Origin: Takakia lepidozioides
Lineage: Eukaryota; Plantae; Bryophyta
Length of the DNA stretch: 64,000 nt
Direction: 5' to 3'
NCBI GenBank assembly: GCA_030704615.1
Contig: CM060733.1
Span: forward strand, 28,520,001 to 28,584,000
Program-made: the position numbers and the translations under genes
Part shown: positions 51,307-63,290 of the stretch, piece by piece
Layout of the letters: every line of letters begins with the position of its first letter
How positions within the stretch are numbered: position 1 is the first letter of the stretch
The notes under the pieces: model-generated
Database searches by the model: none
The model's input: only the letters and a program-made list of their open reading frames with translations
What the model was told of the DNA's origin: nothing

Positions 51307-51972
51307 GGAGTCGACGGAGTAAGCTAGTTACTAGTTACACCCAAATGTGAGCGTTTAAGCAGAGCCCTCGGTGCAGTATGGAAAAAAATTATATGAGCGG
51401 ATGAGCAATTGAACAAACAGCTTGTGGTATCAATTGCCTCAAGCAAAGACGAATGAATCTTTTTGCCCAAGGGGCTAACTGATATATATTATCAAAGTGG
51501 CAGTACACAAAAAGGCTATGCGTGAGCTATAGAGGGTATCATCTCTCACTTATGTGAGATTATGGAGGGAGAGAACGATCTGAAATTGTTGGGTATTAGT
51601 GAAATCTTGTTGGGGTATCGAAGCATGCAGGTTTTGGTTGAGATGGCGTTAGAAGCTTGAGGAGGTCTGACGTTTTGAGTGTGGGTAACTATGAAAACCT
51701 TCCCGAAACACTTGACACTTCAGGGTGTTGGAGCGTCAAGGGTTTGGTGGAGACTTGAGACGGCGTGTTAGAAGCAAGCTGTGTGGAGGAGAGGAAAGTC
51801 TAGCTAGCGCAATGCTTGGGTTGTTGTACCTGGAGGCATTGTTTAGGGTTTCTGAGATATGATCCTTGCAGGCTTTGGAGGAGGTCACAATCTAGCCGAC
51901 TGACCTGGGCTATGCCGTAGTCTGACGGACTTAAAGCAAAAAAGGATTTGGACGAGAGGGAAAGTGGCAGAG

Positions 51973-54900
51973 ATGGCGGCAGTAGTGGCGCAAGGACAGG
52001 TCCAGGGTCAAGCGGGGAGGGCCGACATGGCGCCTGTCCTCCAGCAGCTGAACTTAGCATCCTTGCGTACGCGCACACAGGACCTGCATAATGCGATCTC
52101 GCGCATTTTGCATTCTTTCCACACGCAGTCCGCACTGAAGTGGTACTCTTGATTCTCTCTTTTGCGCCTCACCGGTGGTCTTTTTCTCTTCAGAATGCAA
52201 TTCAGGATATAACATGAAAGAATGAGGGTTTATGGGTTTATAATGATATGAATACTGGAGCCAGACCTTGGTGTGTTGCCCATATGGATCCATTCTAGCT
52301 GGCAGGATTTCCTTGTGGAAACTACAGTAAATGACACAAGGCACCCGGTTAGTGATGAGCCAATGGCTTGCTCTTGCCATTATTCAATGCATCGAGACTT
52401 AGGGGTTCTTGTATCAGGATTTAGGTGCAGCGGAACTAGAAACTAGTGCTGTTGTACTTTCACAGCACTGTTCTGAATTTCCATCTCATAGTTTTATCTT
52501 ATCTTGTCATTTATCTGTGTAAAGAGTGTGTGGTCAGATAGATTATGGGTTGTTACTGTATATTTATTGGCGATTCCTGGAATGGCTTCTCAGGAAACAA
52601 GTGTACTGGTGTGATCTGTGGATTTAAAGGCATGTGCTTGTATATGCTCATCCTTGCTGCCCTGTGGCTATCCTGTCTGTGAGGCTGAACAAATTTGATG
52701 GTTCAGGACTGAGGTCCTGGGGCAGTTTGCAATGGTGAATGTGGAGCTGCTCAACCTGGTGGAGGATATCAAACCAATCCTAAAAATGTTTGTGGTGTAT
52801 CCGAAGAATGTCAATGCAGAAAATGCTTCAAGTAAGTCTGCTTCAGCCCTCGTTTGATTGTTTATGGTGGTCAGGCTAATTTATGCGAAAGGGCAGGGCT
52901 TTAGGGCCCAGTGGGCGTATAGCAGGGCTTGAGAACAAGATGGTTGTTTTGATGTTGTAGTCATATTTGCTGTTAGTGTGGCAGTATTGCCAATAATGCT
53001 GTCGTCAAAGCTTTTGCCGGAGATGGAGGCAGAGGAGGCATCAATGAAGGAGCAAATCTTGTCAGGCATTTCCAACCTTCCCATTCACATGCAAAGTGAT
53101 AAGATCCAGGTACTTTGTTGTGTTTACTGTTAATATTAGTTCAGAACTAGTTTTAAGTCTTGGTTGTTGTCATCTGGTTTTCAACCCATCTTATGTTATA
53201 CTCTGATCTGATTTTCCTTTAGTAGCTTCTGTGGTTTGCTTGCACATGTGCTAGCTGCCTTTTAGGTAGATTGTTGATTTATGATCTGTTTCTATTTTAT
53301 CCGTTTCAGTCTGATTGCAAGGTGCTTAAATTTGAACTTGTGTACTTTCAAGCCAGAGTATTTTTTACAACTTAGTCCATTTTGTGGACAGCCATACTGG
53401 GGGTGCGTATTTAAGAAACAGCATCCACTTAATTTCTCCACATCTAGAAATACGTAACTTGGCCATGGGAAGATAAGGTTGATTTCTGATATGGGCTTTT
53501 CTTATGGCATGTACAGAAAATTTTGGTGTTTGGGAATATGTGATGGTTATTCTTTGAACTTTCTGAGAGTAATTTAAATACAGCATAAGTTTGGACATTG
53601 GATCTGATCAAAAATTTGACTTGGATATTGGATTTTGACCCTCCAGAGGCAAATTGAGCTAGTCCGGTCAGTATGTGATGCAGCTGAGAAAGTGGTGGCT
53701 GAGGCACGCAAGCATTATGGAATTAGCACTCGACAGGGTCCTGTGTCCCTCACCACCCTCGACAAAGGCCATGCAGCTCGCATTGCTGAGCAAGAGAAGC
53801 TCATTCGGGCTGCTGCTAACTATGGGGAAGGTGGGTGAGAGTTTCATTTCGCAATCATTGTGCTTCATTTTCCTTCTATTTGGGGGGGGAAAAGAGGAGA
53901 CAAGAGTATCGTAATTAGTATAGTCTGTCTTTCATTTGAAGATGCTTGGACCTATCATGGAGAGTGGTTTCCATAAAGTTGCATTGTGCTGTAGAGACTT
54001 TGACAGTTTATGCAGGTTGTTTTGGATCGTCCAATGCCAGGGCTTCGCATACCACCGGACCAGCAACAATCAGGCTCTGTTCTGCCTCCACACATGGCAT
54101 CTGCATTGGGTACATCAGGAACAGATGGGGGTGGGTCTTCCTTTTACTCTCTCTCTTTACTGTGGAGAGTTTGACAGTTTCTAATCGGTTTGATGGTCTG
54201 GATGAGGTTGAATCCAAACAGCCAGAAGGACAAGATGCCCCTAAGTGTACGGAACCTGAACGTCCTGAATCTGAAGGATTTGGTACTCTGAATGGTTTAC
54301 CAATCCTCAAGGTTTACACAAGACGAACAAATTCTATACACGGGGTAATTGTCCCCAAGCCGTCAGATGGACAATCTGTCCCTAAGTGTGCAGAGCCTGA
54401 ACGTCGTGTAACTGAAGGATTTGGTACTCTAAATGGTTTACCAATCCTCAAAGTCTACACAAGACGAGCAAAATCTATACACGGGGAAATTGTCCCCAAG
54501 CAGTCTGACGGACAATCTGCCCCTATGTGTGCGGAGCCTGTGCGTCGTGTAACTGAAAGATTTGGTACCCTGAATGGTTTACCAATTCTCAAAGTTTACA
54601 CAAGACGAGCAAAATCTACACATGGGGTAACTGTCCCCCCTTTGCAGAACGGTTGGCCGTCCAGGAGCAATCACAAGCTACCTAGACGACAAACAATTCA
54701 CACGCAAAGGGCTGGCTTGCGGCTGGCCACTTTCAACTTCTCAGGGTTGACCAACCAAAGGAAACAACTTGAAGTGGGACAAGTTCTTCGGACTAATGAT
54801 ATTCATATCTCTGCTGGGCAAGAAACATGGGAAACGTCGGATAAACTGGTTGGAGATGTCATTGGTTATAAATGGGCAGGTAAGATGTGTACTCTCAAGG

Positions 54901-57900
54901 CAGCCTCTGCCAAACGCGGTCAAAAAGGGGTCGGATTCTTTGTCCGTGATTTCTTGTTTGACAATTGTGAAATTATCAACAAGGGTTTGAGGTACGAGCA
55001 TAGTATCTGGCTAAAACTGAATTTGAAGGGCGGCATGAGTACAAAGGACCTCTTTGTTGGTTGTGTTTACATGCCCACAGAGGGGACCCTTAGTGCTGAC
55101 GCAGACAAGGCCTTCGAAGATGTAAAGCTGGACTGTGCTTCGTTTCTTGCCAAAGGTCAGGTGGTACTATTGGGGGACTTCAATGCCCGGGTGGGCAAAG
55201 GGATCCATCAGGATGATATCATTGGACCGTTTGGTGAGGACGAGCTGAATTCTAATGGCAGACGGTTAATTAACTGTCTAGAAGAGCTTCAGCTTTTGAC
55301 CTTGAATAACAACAAGAGGTGACCAAGTGCAGTGGACTCGTGAGAAACCCAAACTGGGGAACGTTCCATTGTGGACTATATCATAATGGACAAAATTTTG
55401 TTCCCCCAGTGTGCCAATATGACAGAACTGATTATGGTACCTCTGACCACTTCCTGGTTTGGACTGAGATCAAAAGGTGTTTTCCCACCGCCAAGAGATC
55501 TGTGAAACGTTCGATTCGGAAGTGGCGCATAGAAAAATTCCACAATGAGGAGGTCAAGGCTGAGTACGTCCAGGCCTTGCAAGAGGCTCTCCCTCATTTT
55601 GTCCAATCGCTCCAAGAACTTCAGTCACGCTCTGTTAATGCAAGAAATGAAGTCGAAAGAGCAGTGGACTCTTGGGAGAGTTTCGTTTCCTCCGTGGCTG
55701 ACAAGATCATTGGGAGGAAACTAATTGTCTGCGGTAGAGCAGTTAATTGGTGGACTACTGAGATTAAACTCAAGATAGCTGAGAGACGAGCCCTCTATAA
55801 AGAGTGCTGCAATTTGGAAACCAACAGAGAATTGTGGGCGAGGTACCACCAGCTCCGTAAAGATATCAATCAGCTTGTTAGGTCTCAGAAGAAATTATAC
55901 TGGGACAAGTTATACAGTGAAATAAACTCAAACCACCATGGTGGTAATGACAAGAAATTCTGGTTGGCCCTTCAACGTTTGTACAAACCGAAAAACGGTC
56001 AGCAAGTACAAGCGCTGAAGACTACTAAAGGTGCAGTGGTGACTTCATCGGTTGACATTGTCAAAACCTTGAAACTCACTACAGTATCCTTGGCAGAACT
56101 TCTAGGTCTAACAGTGAGGGGTCTTCTGCTGAATGGAGGGACACAGTTGGAAAAACTGTTCCTATGATTCAAAACAGCCCTGATGAACTGGAGTATATTT
56201 CAATGGCTTATAATGCTCCCATTAGTTCTTCTGAGATAGTGGAAGCAATTGAACATTTAAATGGATATAAAGCTGGTGGACCTGATGGTATTGTCAACGA
56301 GCTTATCAAGCACGGTGGCGATCCCATGATAGAGGCCCTAGTTCTCCTCTTTAACCTTATCTGGAAGACTGAAATGATCCCCTTTCGCTGGCGACAGGGG
56401 GTCATTGTCAATCTATACAAGAAGGGTGACAGAGAAGAACCGGGGAACTACCGTGGCATCACGCTCCTCAATGCTGTTGGCAAGACATTCTGCAGAGTTA
56501 TAAGTACTCGTCTCGAGGTTGATCTGGAGTCTAGAGGTTGTTTCCACGAAGGCCAAGCTGGCTTTCGGCGAAACAGGGGCTGTGTGGATCATATCTTCAC
56601 TCTAAGCCAGATTATCCAGGGAAGGAAAAAAGAAGGGAAACCCACTTATGTCTTTTTCCTGGATGTCAAAAAGGCTTATGACACAGTGTGGAGAGATGGC
56701 CTATGGTTCCGCCTCTGGTCTTGTGGGATCAAGGGAAAGATGTGGAGAGTTGTCCACAACTTGTATGCTCACACCAAAAGCTGTGTCACTGTTAACGGAC
56801 AGAAGTCCAACTTCTTTGACATAGACCAAGGTGTAGCTCAAGGATGTACTCTCTCCCGTCTCCTCTTCAATGTTTTCATCAATCAACTCCTCGAGGATGT
56901 GGAAAGTGAGGGATTTGGGTTAAGGGTGGGTGATACCACCATACCAGCCCTTATGTTTGCGGATGACTTCGCAGGCATAGGGGAGACTCCAACCAATCTC
57001 CAGGAGTTGATTGATTGCGCGAAGAGATACTTTGATCTTTGGGGGCTAGAGGCTAATGTCAGCAAATGTGCAGTGGTAGCATTCAACGACAGAGGAGAGG
57101 GAGGAAGTGATCTTAAGTGGCAGTGGGGTAGCCAAGAGATCCCGGTCCTCCCTTCCTACACTTACCTGGGCGTTGAGTTCTCCTCCAATTGTAATTGGGA
57201 TGCACATATCCGGAAAGTTGTTCAAACTGGCAAGGGCAAAGCTCTGGGGCTCACTAAATTTTTCCACTGCAGAGGGGTCAACTCTGAGGTCAAGAAAACC
57301 ATGCTTTGTCGCGTTATTAGACCTGCCTTGGAGTACGGATCTGCTATATGGGTTGATAACTCCAACCAGACTAAGTCTCTAGAATCCATTCAAGTGGGGG
57401 TGCTTAAGGAGTGTATGTCAGCATGCTCCAAAACAGCCAATGTGGCTGTTCGGGGTGAGTTTGGCATTCCGTCCTTAAGCTCCCGACGAGATGAATTCAA
57501 GGTCAGATGGTGGGGTCAGCTGCAACATATGCCCAACACCAGATATCCTAAGTTAATCGACTCTATATCTTGGAAACAGGACCGCCCTGTCAAACAGGCT
57601 AAGTCCTGGCAGAAGAGAGTAGAAGAGATCCTCAAGGACCTGGACCTGGATCCGCAAGTCTTGACCCTGCTGGATAAATCTGACTTAGAGGCTGTAGTGT
57701 CCTCAGCCATGTCTGTTGCCATGAGATTGTCTGATGAAAATGGAGTTCGGCAGAAAACTTCCCTGAACTTGTTTCCAGTCTGTGACGTGGGGGAGGACAT
57801 CTTGGATGACCTCAAGGGTCTACCCACTCTCGGCACTAGACTGAAATTTAAACTCAGGGCAGGAAGCCTACCTTTGAACAGCAAACAGAAGCAGAGAGGA

Positions 57901-60900
57901 AAGGGAGAGTGCAATTGCCCGTTGTGTGGGCAATCTGAAGACAGTATTCATTTTCTGATACACTGTCCGGGGTTCTCTCACCAAAGAGACGCTCTCTTCA
58001 AATCTATTAAGGGAATTGTGCCTGTACCCCTGTTTACCAACTTTGAAAGTCTCAAGGCTGAGCCAAAAGCCCAGGCCCTCCTGAGGCCTAGTTTTTGGGC
58101 AAATCACACACAGCAGATTGATGCTTGTGTGAAGGGATTTCTAGAGGATATCTGGAAAACCCGGATTAATTCTTTATATGGAGGTAAGTCTTACTACCAA
58201 CGTCAGCCCCTGACAGAGGTAGGTTCTGTCCCTTTTGTTCCCGCTCAAACTGGGCGCGGGGTCAATGGCCACAAGGCTACGGCAAACGTCTTATGAGTAC
58301 AATCTTTACTGTGGAGATGCTTGAACTTCTGTCCGTCTAGTTTCTTACAAACACGTCATTCTGTGGCTACTCCATTGGTCCAAAACACAGCAGTGGGCCT
58401 CTTCAATTCCCTAGATTAGAATTGACTCACTGACATCCTGATTTCTCTGTAAGTACTTTCTCCATCTTTAATTAAAACTGGCTTCTGCTTAACTTTGTCA
58501 ATGCTGATGAAATGTCTCCAAATTCAGCTTCCTATATCAGTGGAACCCACGACTGCTGGATTCTGGCAGCCACTCCATCAGTAGTCTCAGTAGCACGAAG
58601 TAAGAATTCTAGCCAGAGTTGGACTGATATGGTTTGTTTCATTCTCGTCAGGCCTGGGATTTCAAAGGGGGTCGGCATTGCCGCCCACTGGTCTGATGCG
58701 CCCTGCAGTGCCTCAACAGGTCTGTTTCTTCAACTTGCCTTCTTAAAGGAGGGAAGGGGGGGTGGGCGAGAGAGAGAAATAGAGAAATAGATAGATGCTT
58801 GATAAGGGGTGGGGCCTCAAACATAGGGCAGGGGAAGGAGTTGTAAGTTTGCTCTAGGGAGTTTCCCCTTTTCCTTGCCAAATGCCCAACTTCGAAAGAG
58901 AGATTATGTCAACAGGAGGCCAAGAGAAGGAGAGAGCACAGCAGCAGCAGTATAGAACTAGGCAAAAATGCAGAGACTTCTACTTTGAAAGCTGGTCAGG
59001 ATTGAGCTGGTTAAGGGATGTGGAGGGTTACCATCCTCAACATGACGGCTAACCTTTTGGTATCATGCCGTAGTTTCCAACGAATTAATGTGTCTTCAGA
59101 GGGAACTGGAGACTTTTCTTCATATCAGAAGTTGCTAAGTATATCAGATTTAGAGTGTTCAACAGTCACTCAATTTAAATCTGTGAACCCACTAAACACA
59201 GATCAGTAGCATGCAATCACCAACTCTAACAGTGCTTATCATTTCTCTGCATGCAAGGGAGGTTGCTTGTTAGCTGTCCTACCCTCTTCTGTGATTGCTT
59301 TCCAGGGGAAGTTTGCTTCTAAGTTACTTTCTCCAAAACACTATTCAGGTACAAACCCGATGTGTAGCTTCATCTCGCTTTGGTGTCAGTAGTTTATCAT
59401 CCATACGGACTGAGTAGGATTTGTGTGTGTGCACACAGCAGGCCAACGCATCCCAGCTTTTGGGTCGTTCAACCGTTACAAACCCGCTGCAAACCCTCAC
59501 GGGGGCTGGGACTCTCCCTGGAGTTGGGTCAGCTGCAACACCCATCCCGTTTGTGAATTCACCGAGGTCCAGCACTGGAAACTTCAATGTACCTTCCCCA
59601 CAACAACAACAACAACAACAGCAGCAACCACAACAACAACATTCCACACAGGCCGCCCTCTTGCAAAGACAAAAGCAGCAACTGCAGAAACAACAGTTGC
59701 AGGTGCAACTCCAGCAGACACAGCAGCTTCGACGGCCTGGGACCCCTCCTATCCCACAGGTGGGTTTGTGAAAACCTCTGACCAGACCATCAATAACATG
59801 TTCCGGCACGATAGCTTTTTTAGACCATGCTGGTTGGCTTTGTGGTTGCCAGTCTATAGAAAACACAGGAAATGCTGCTCAAACGTGAAAAAGCAAAGCC
59901 TGGCACAACCATATTCTTGAGCTTCTCAAGGGAACAAGTGGAACACGAGGACCACCTAAAGGACCTTCCCCAGCTTGGCAAAAGGCTGAAGTGTAATTAA
60001 GCGTCCTCTGTGTGGCAGATCCAAGCTGGGAAAATTGGAACCCAGATGTTCGCTTTGTGAGCTTTGCTGAAATAGCAGATATTTGTAATGTGGTTTCTTC
60101 TCTTGTGAATAAGAGGTCCTCTGAAATGCATTAACACTGATTAGTCGGAGAAGCTGAAGACACTGTTGAATGCTGTGCCCGTGCGGGGTCTGAGGTATTC
60201 AAAACTAGTTATGGTATTGAAGGCCAGTCCAATAACTTGTTAAAGCTACAGTACTGCAGCAAGCTCTCCGTAATAGCATTCTACTCTCCTCTCGTTTCCT
60301 GCTCTGTTCCAACCAGGCCTGGAGTCTTAAGTCCAGGGGAAGCGGAGTCTAATCAGTACATATTCTCTTATCTCCCTTCAAGGGTCCTCCTCCTGTATTT
60401 GGCTTATTGTCGGCTGTGTGGGTTAGTATTATGACAGTTTTGGCTGAGTTTCCTTACTCTGTTGGCCCAGAACAGCATGATGGGTTCTAATAGGGTGGAT
60501 GTGGGTCAGAGACTATGGCCTGAGAGCCAGTCATAGCCAATGTTTGCAAGGAATGATCAGTGGGTAGAAACTATCTGCGCTTTCTCTGTAGCCATGTTTC
60601 TCACTCAGTGGTCTTTGTTCTAACCAGACATTGGGCAGGATAGTGATGTTAGGATTTTGGCATCAACTGTCACTGATGATGGTCATTTCATATTATGGAC
60701 AGGGCCAGGTTGGATCCCAGCAACAAGGACAGGTGGCTCAGCAGCATTTGCTACAACATCAGCAAAAGCTACAGCAGGTTGTAGTTTCCCTAGTCCTACA
60801 CAGGGATGTCTTGTATCTTTGTAACTTCCATGGAAAGCAGCCAGAAGTGGCCAGCAGTTATAAGATGTGGGAAGTAGCTGACAAGATTGTTGGTGGAGTC

Positions 60901-62706
60901 AGACTCAGTTGCAGCAGTTGCAGCAGCAGCAGTATCAGCAACATTTGCAGGCACAACAGGTGTCTCTCTCTGCCTCTTTTAGTGATAAGCTTCTTTCTTT
61001 TCTTTTCTTCCATACAACAAACACCTCTCTCTGCCCTCTGAAATGCTATATGTCATTGTTAAGATCTAATACATGCGATGGTAGGTGAGATTAGACAGAC
61101 AGTTTACTGTTATGCAACATGCCAGACCGTTTTCTCCATAGATATCCGTTAATTGTGTTCCTGCTGCCAAAAGATTGAGAGACTTAGGAAAAATTTGTTG
61201 TGTAGTAGTCATAAATCTCCATGTGTACTCGGGGATGAAGCAGGAGAGGCAAACTCTTCAGCAACTGCAAGCACAGCAGCAACAGACTCTTCATCAGCAG
61301 CTCCAGAACTCACAGCTGCAGGCCTCCCAACAAAATACACTACCGCAAGCTAACCAAGGGCGCTCTCAGATGAATCAGCTGGCATCTATGAACCCCTATG
61401 GCAACTCACAAACTTCACTACTACCTTCTAGCATGGTTAGGACTTTTTCTCCGTTCCTGGCAGCATACCTGTTTCCATGTTCGTGCCATGTTTGAGTGGT
61501 TCTTTGGTTTTGGTTTTGGTTTCTATGGTTCTACAGTTTGATTGTTTTGTGTTGGACCTTTTGTGCCTGCCACAATGTGATAAAAAAATTTCGGTCATTT
61601 GTGTTTGGTCCATAACAAAAAGATGACTTCATTGCCATAAGACTGCATACTGAGTCATGTATATCACAGCCCTTTAATTTCCATCAGACTGGATGTTGTT
61701 GCATGTGCAAACTAAACGAACTTAATTAAGTAGGATGTTTGTTAACTTAATTTTGGTGGAAATTGTCATTGGAGAGAGAAAATGAAGCGAAGAAATTGCA
61801 TAGCATTCAGTGGAGTGCCTTCAAGAAAGTGAAACACAAAGTTCTTCCATTCTTAATGAGTCAACTAAGTTTGCTGATGGTGGGTGGCAATGTCTGGCAG
61901 ATAGCAAACATGAATCAGCCAGGGGGGCAGTCACAGGCCCTTTTGCAACAGCGATTGCAGCAGGTACCCACCCTACCATCTTTTCTTAAAACTGGAGTTA
62001 GGAGGCTAAGACGAGGGAGAAAAGACTGATGACAACTGATGTAGTCAATATTAAGTGGGCTCATCAGTCATGGCTGAGGTTTGCTAGTTTGCAAGAGGTG
62101 GAGGGAAGGAGGAATCCTTCTAATGCTGGGGGTAGAGGAAGAGTGGGGCAGAAATAGACATCTCTGACCTCTTGCGTTTTTTTGATAGTTACAAGGAGCA
62201 AATCAATCACAGCGTATCCTCTCTGATCCATGTAAGGCTTCCACCCTAGAGGCTTCCTCACGCAGAAACCTCGTCTCGTGATGTGAGTTCGAATTAACTG
62301 GGTTTTATTTCTGTTTAATCATATGGATCTTTCAGATTTCAGTCAAATTTATCTTGGTCTGTCTTTGGGTTTGCAGAATCACATAGAAGGTTTGACGCTA
62401 GACAACGATGTTGCCACAAAAACCACATTGTCAGCCTTATTGCCCTATTTATTGGGCTTTTCTACGCAATTTTGAAGGCATTGGCTGCATGTCTCGGGAG
62501 CTGGCAGATAATATTGTGTCTGTATTGTTGCAGTGTACAGTATGAGCAATATGGGACTTTCAGGAACTGGAAGCCAGGCAACCTCAACACTTGCCTTACC
62601 ATTGCAGCAGCAGTTGGCTGGCCAGGCAAATTACACGGGTCTCTTCAACTCGAGTCAGAGTACAGGCTTTGGACAGCAACGGCAGCAACCCCCACCATCT
62701 CAATGA
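51973..62706 (+). CDS. MED8: Mediator of RNA polymerase II transcription subunit 8
   Basis: Exons 51973-52142, 52707-52831, 52985-53109, 53647-53830, 54041-54130, 58652-58719, 59442-59759, 60703-60777, 60903-60959, ~61241-61436, 61901-61963 and a final exon ~62534-62706. The Gln-rich 3' exons are less certain. Plant MED8 motifs QQLNL..LR.R..DL..AISRIL, KW.EVLGQF.MVN.EL, VYPKNVNAENA, ILPIMLSSKLLPEME, TRQGP..TLDK..A.RI.EQE.L.R.A.N.GEGLRIP, QLLGRS and NSPRS. Confidence 0.93.
54169..58302 (+). mobile_element. 4.1-kb non-LTR retrotransposon (APE endonuclease, RT, C-terminal CCHC finger; RTE-X/RTE-like) in MED8 intron 5
   Basis: Perfect 15-bp TSD tctttactgtggaga (54154-54168, 58303-58317). APE motifs ATFN, QETW, GVGF, VYMP, LLGDFNARVG and SDH. 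RT motifs KAGGPDG, NYRGITLL, QAGFR, FLDVKKAYD, GVAQGC, FADD and YLG. Zinc finger CPLC..E...H....C. Frameshifts at ~55310-55430 and ~56070-56165. Confidence 0.96.
54228..54640 (+). repeat. Three in-frame 141-bp (47-aa) tandem repeats at the LINE ORF N-terminus
   Basis: Units anchored at 54240, 54381 and 54522, each encoding ..EGFGTLNGLPILKVYTRR..S.HG..VP. Confidence 0.95.
59601..59730 (+). repeat. CAA/CAG polyglutamine-coding tract in MED8
   Basis: Encodes QQQQQQQQQPQQQ...LQRQKQQLQKQQLQVQLQQTQQ. Confidence 0.9.
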
Positions 62707-63192
62707 CAATTTACGAGTTGCTTCTGTATAATGTAATGAACACTGCAACGACAACTTACAACTGTTGCTGAGATTCCCTACGGATTGTACAACAACATTG
62801 TCAATTATCGTGATGGATGGATACGTCAATCAGTCAATCATTTGATTGTTAATATCAATTGATTGACAATTGTTCAACTTTTGTTCCTGATATACTCAGT
62901 TAGCCAGCCTAGGAACAGCTGGACATTGACAGACTCGCAAGACAGTCCTGATCATGGACAAAAGAGACCCTCAACAAAGCAGAAGCCTATGCTCCCAGGA
63001 GATCACAACAGATAAGACAAAGAAGATGACCCTTGTATCCACAGGCCCTTCACTCCGAAGCAAATTAGCCCTTGAGCCTAGAGTGTATGGGCAGGGGCTC
63101 AAAACGCAAGTGAGTCTTAGTTTTGGAACTCCTATTTGTCATGTCTTGTATCCCTTGAGCTCGGCAGGAAAGGCCATTGGCACGGAGCAAGG

Positions 63193-63290
63193 GTGTCCCC
63201 AACATTCAGAAGTTGAATCATAAGGGGATTCATCATTGAACGTGTCCCCAACATTCAGAAGTTGAATCATAAGGGAATTCATCATTGAAC
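63193..63290. repeat. 49-bp tandem duplication
   Basis: gtgtccccaacattcagaagttgaatcataagggRattcatcattgaac occurs twice (63193-63241, 63242-63290). Confidence 0.9.

Noticed and set aside
53946-54168. N-terminal part of the 458-aa ORF as LINE protein
   Set aside because: It lies outside the TSD and overlaps a MED8 exon in another frame, so the open frame is fortuitous.
59345-59920. Poly-Cys, poly-Thr and poly-Asn ORFs
   Set aside because: They are alternative frames of the MED8 CAA/CAG polyglutamine exon.
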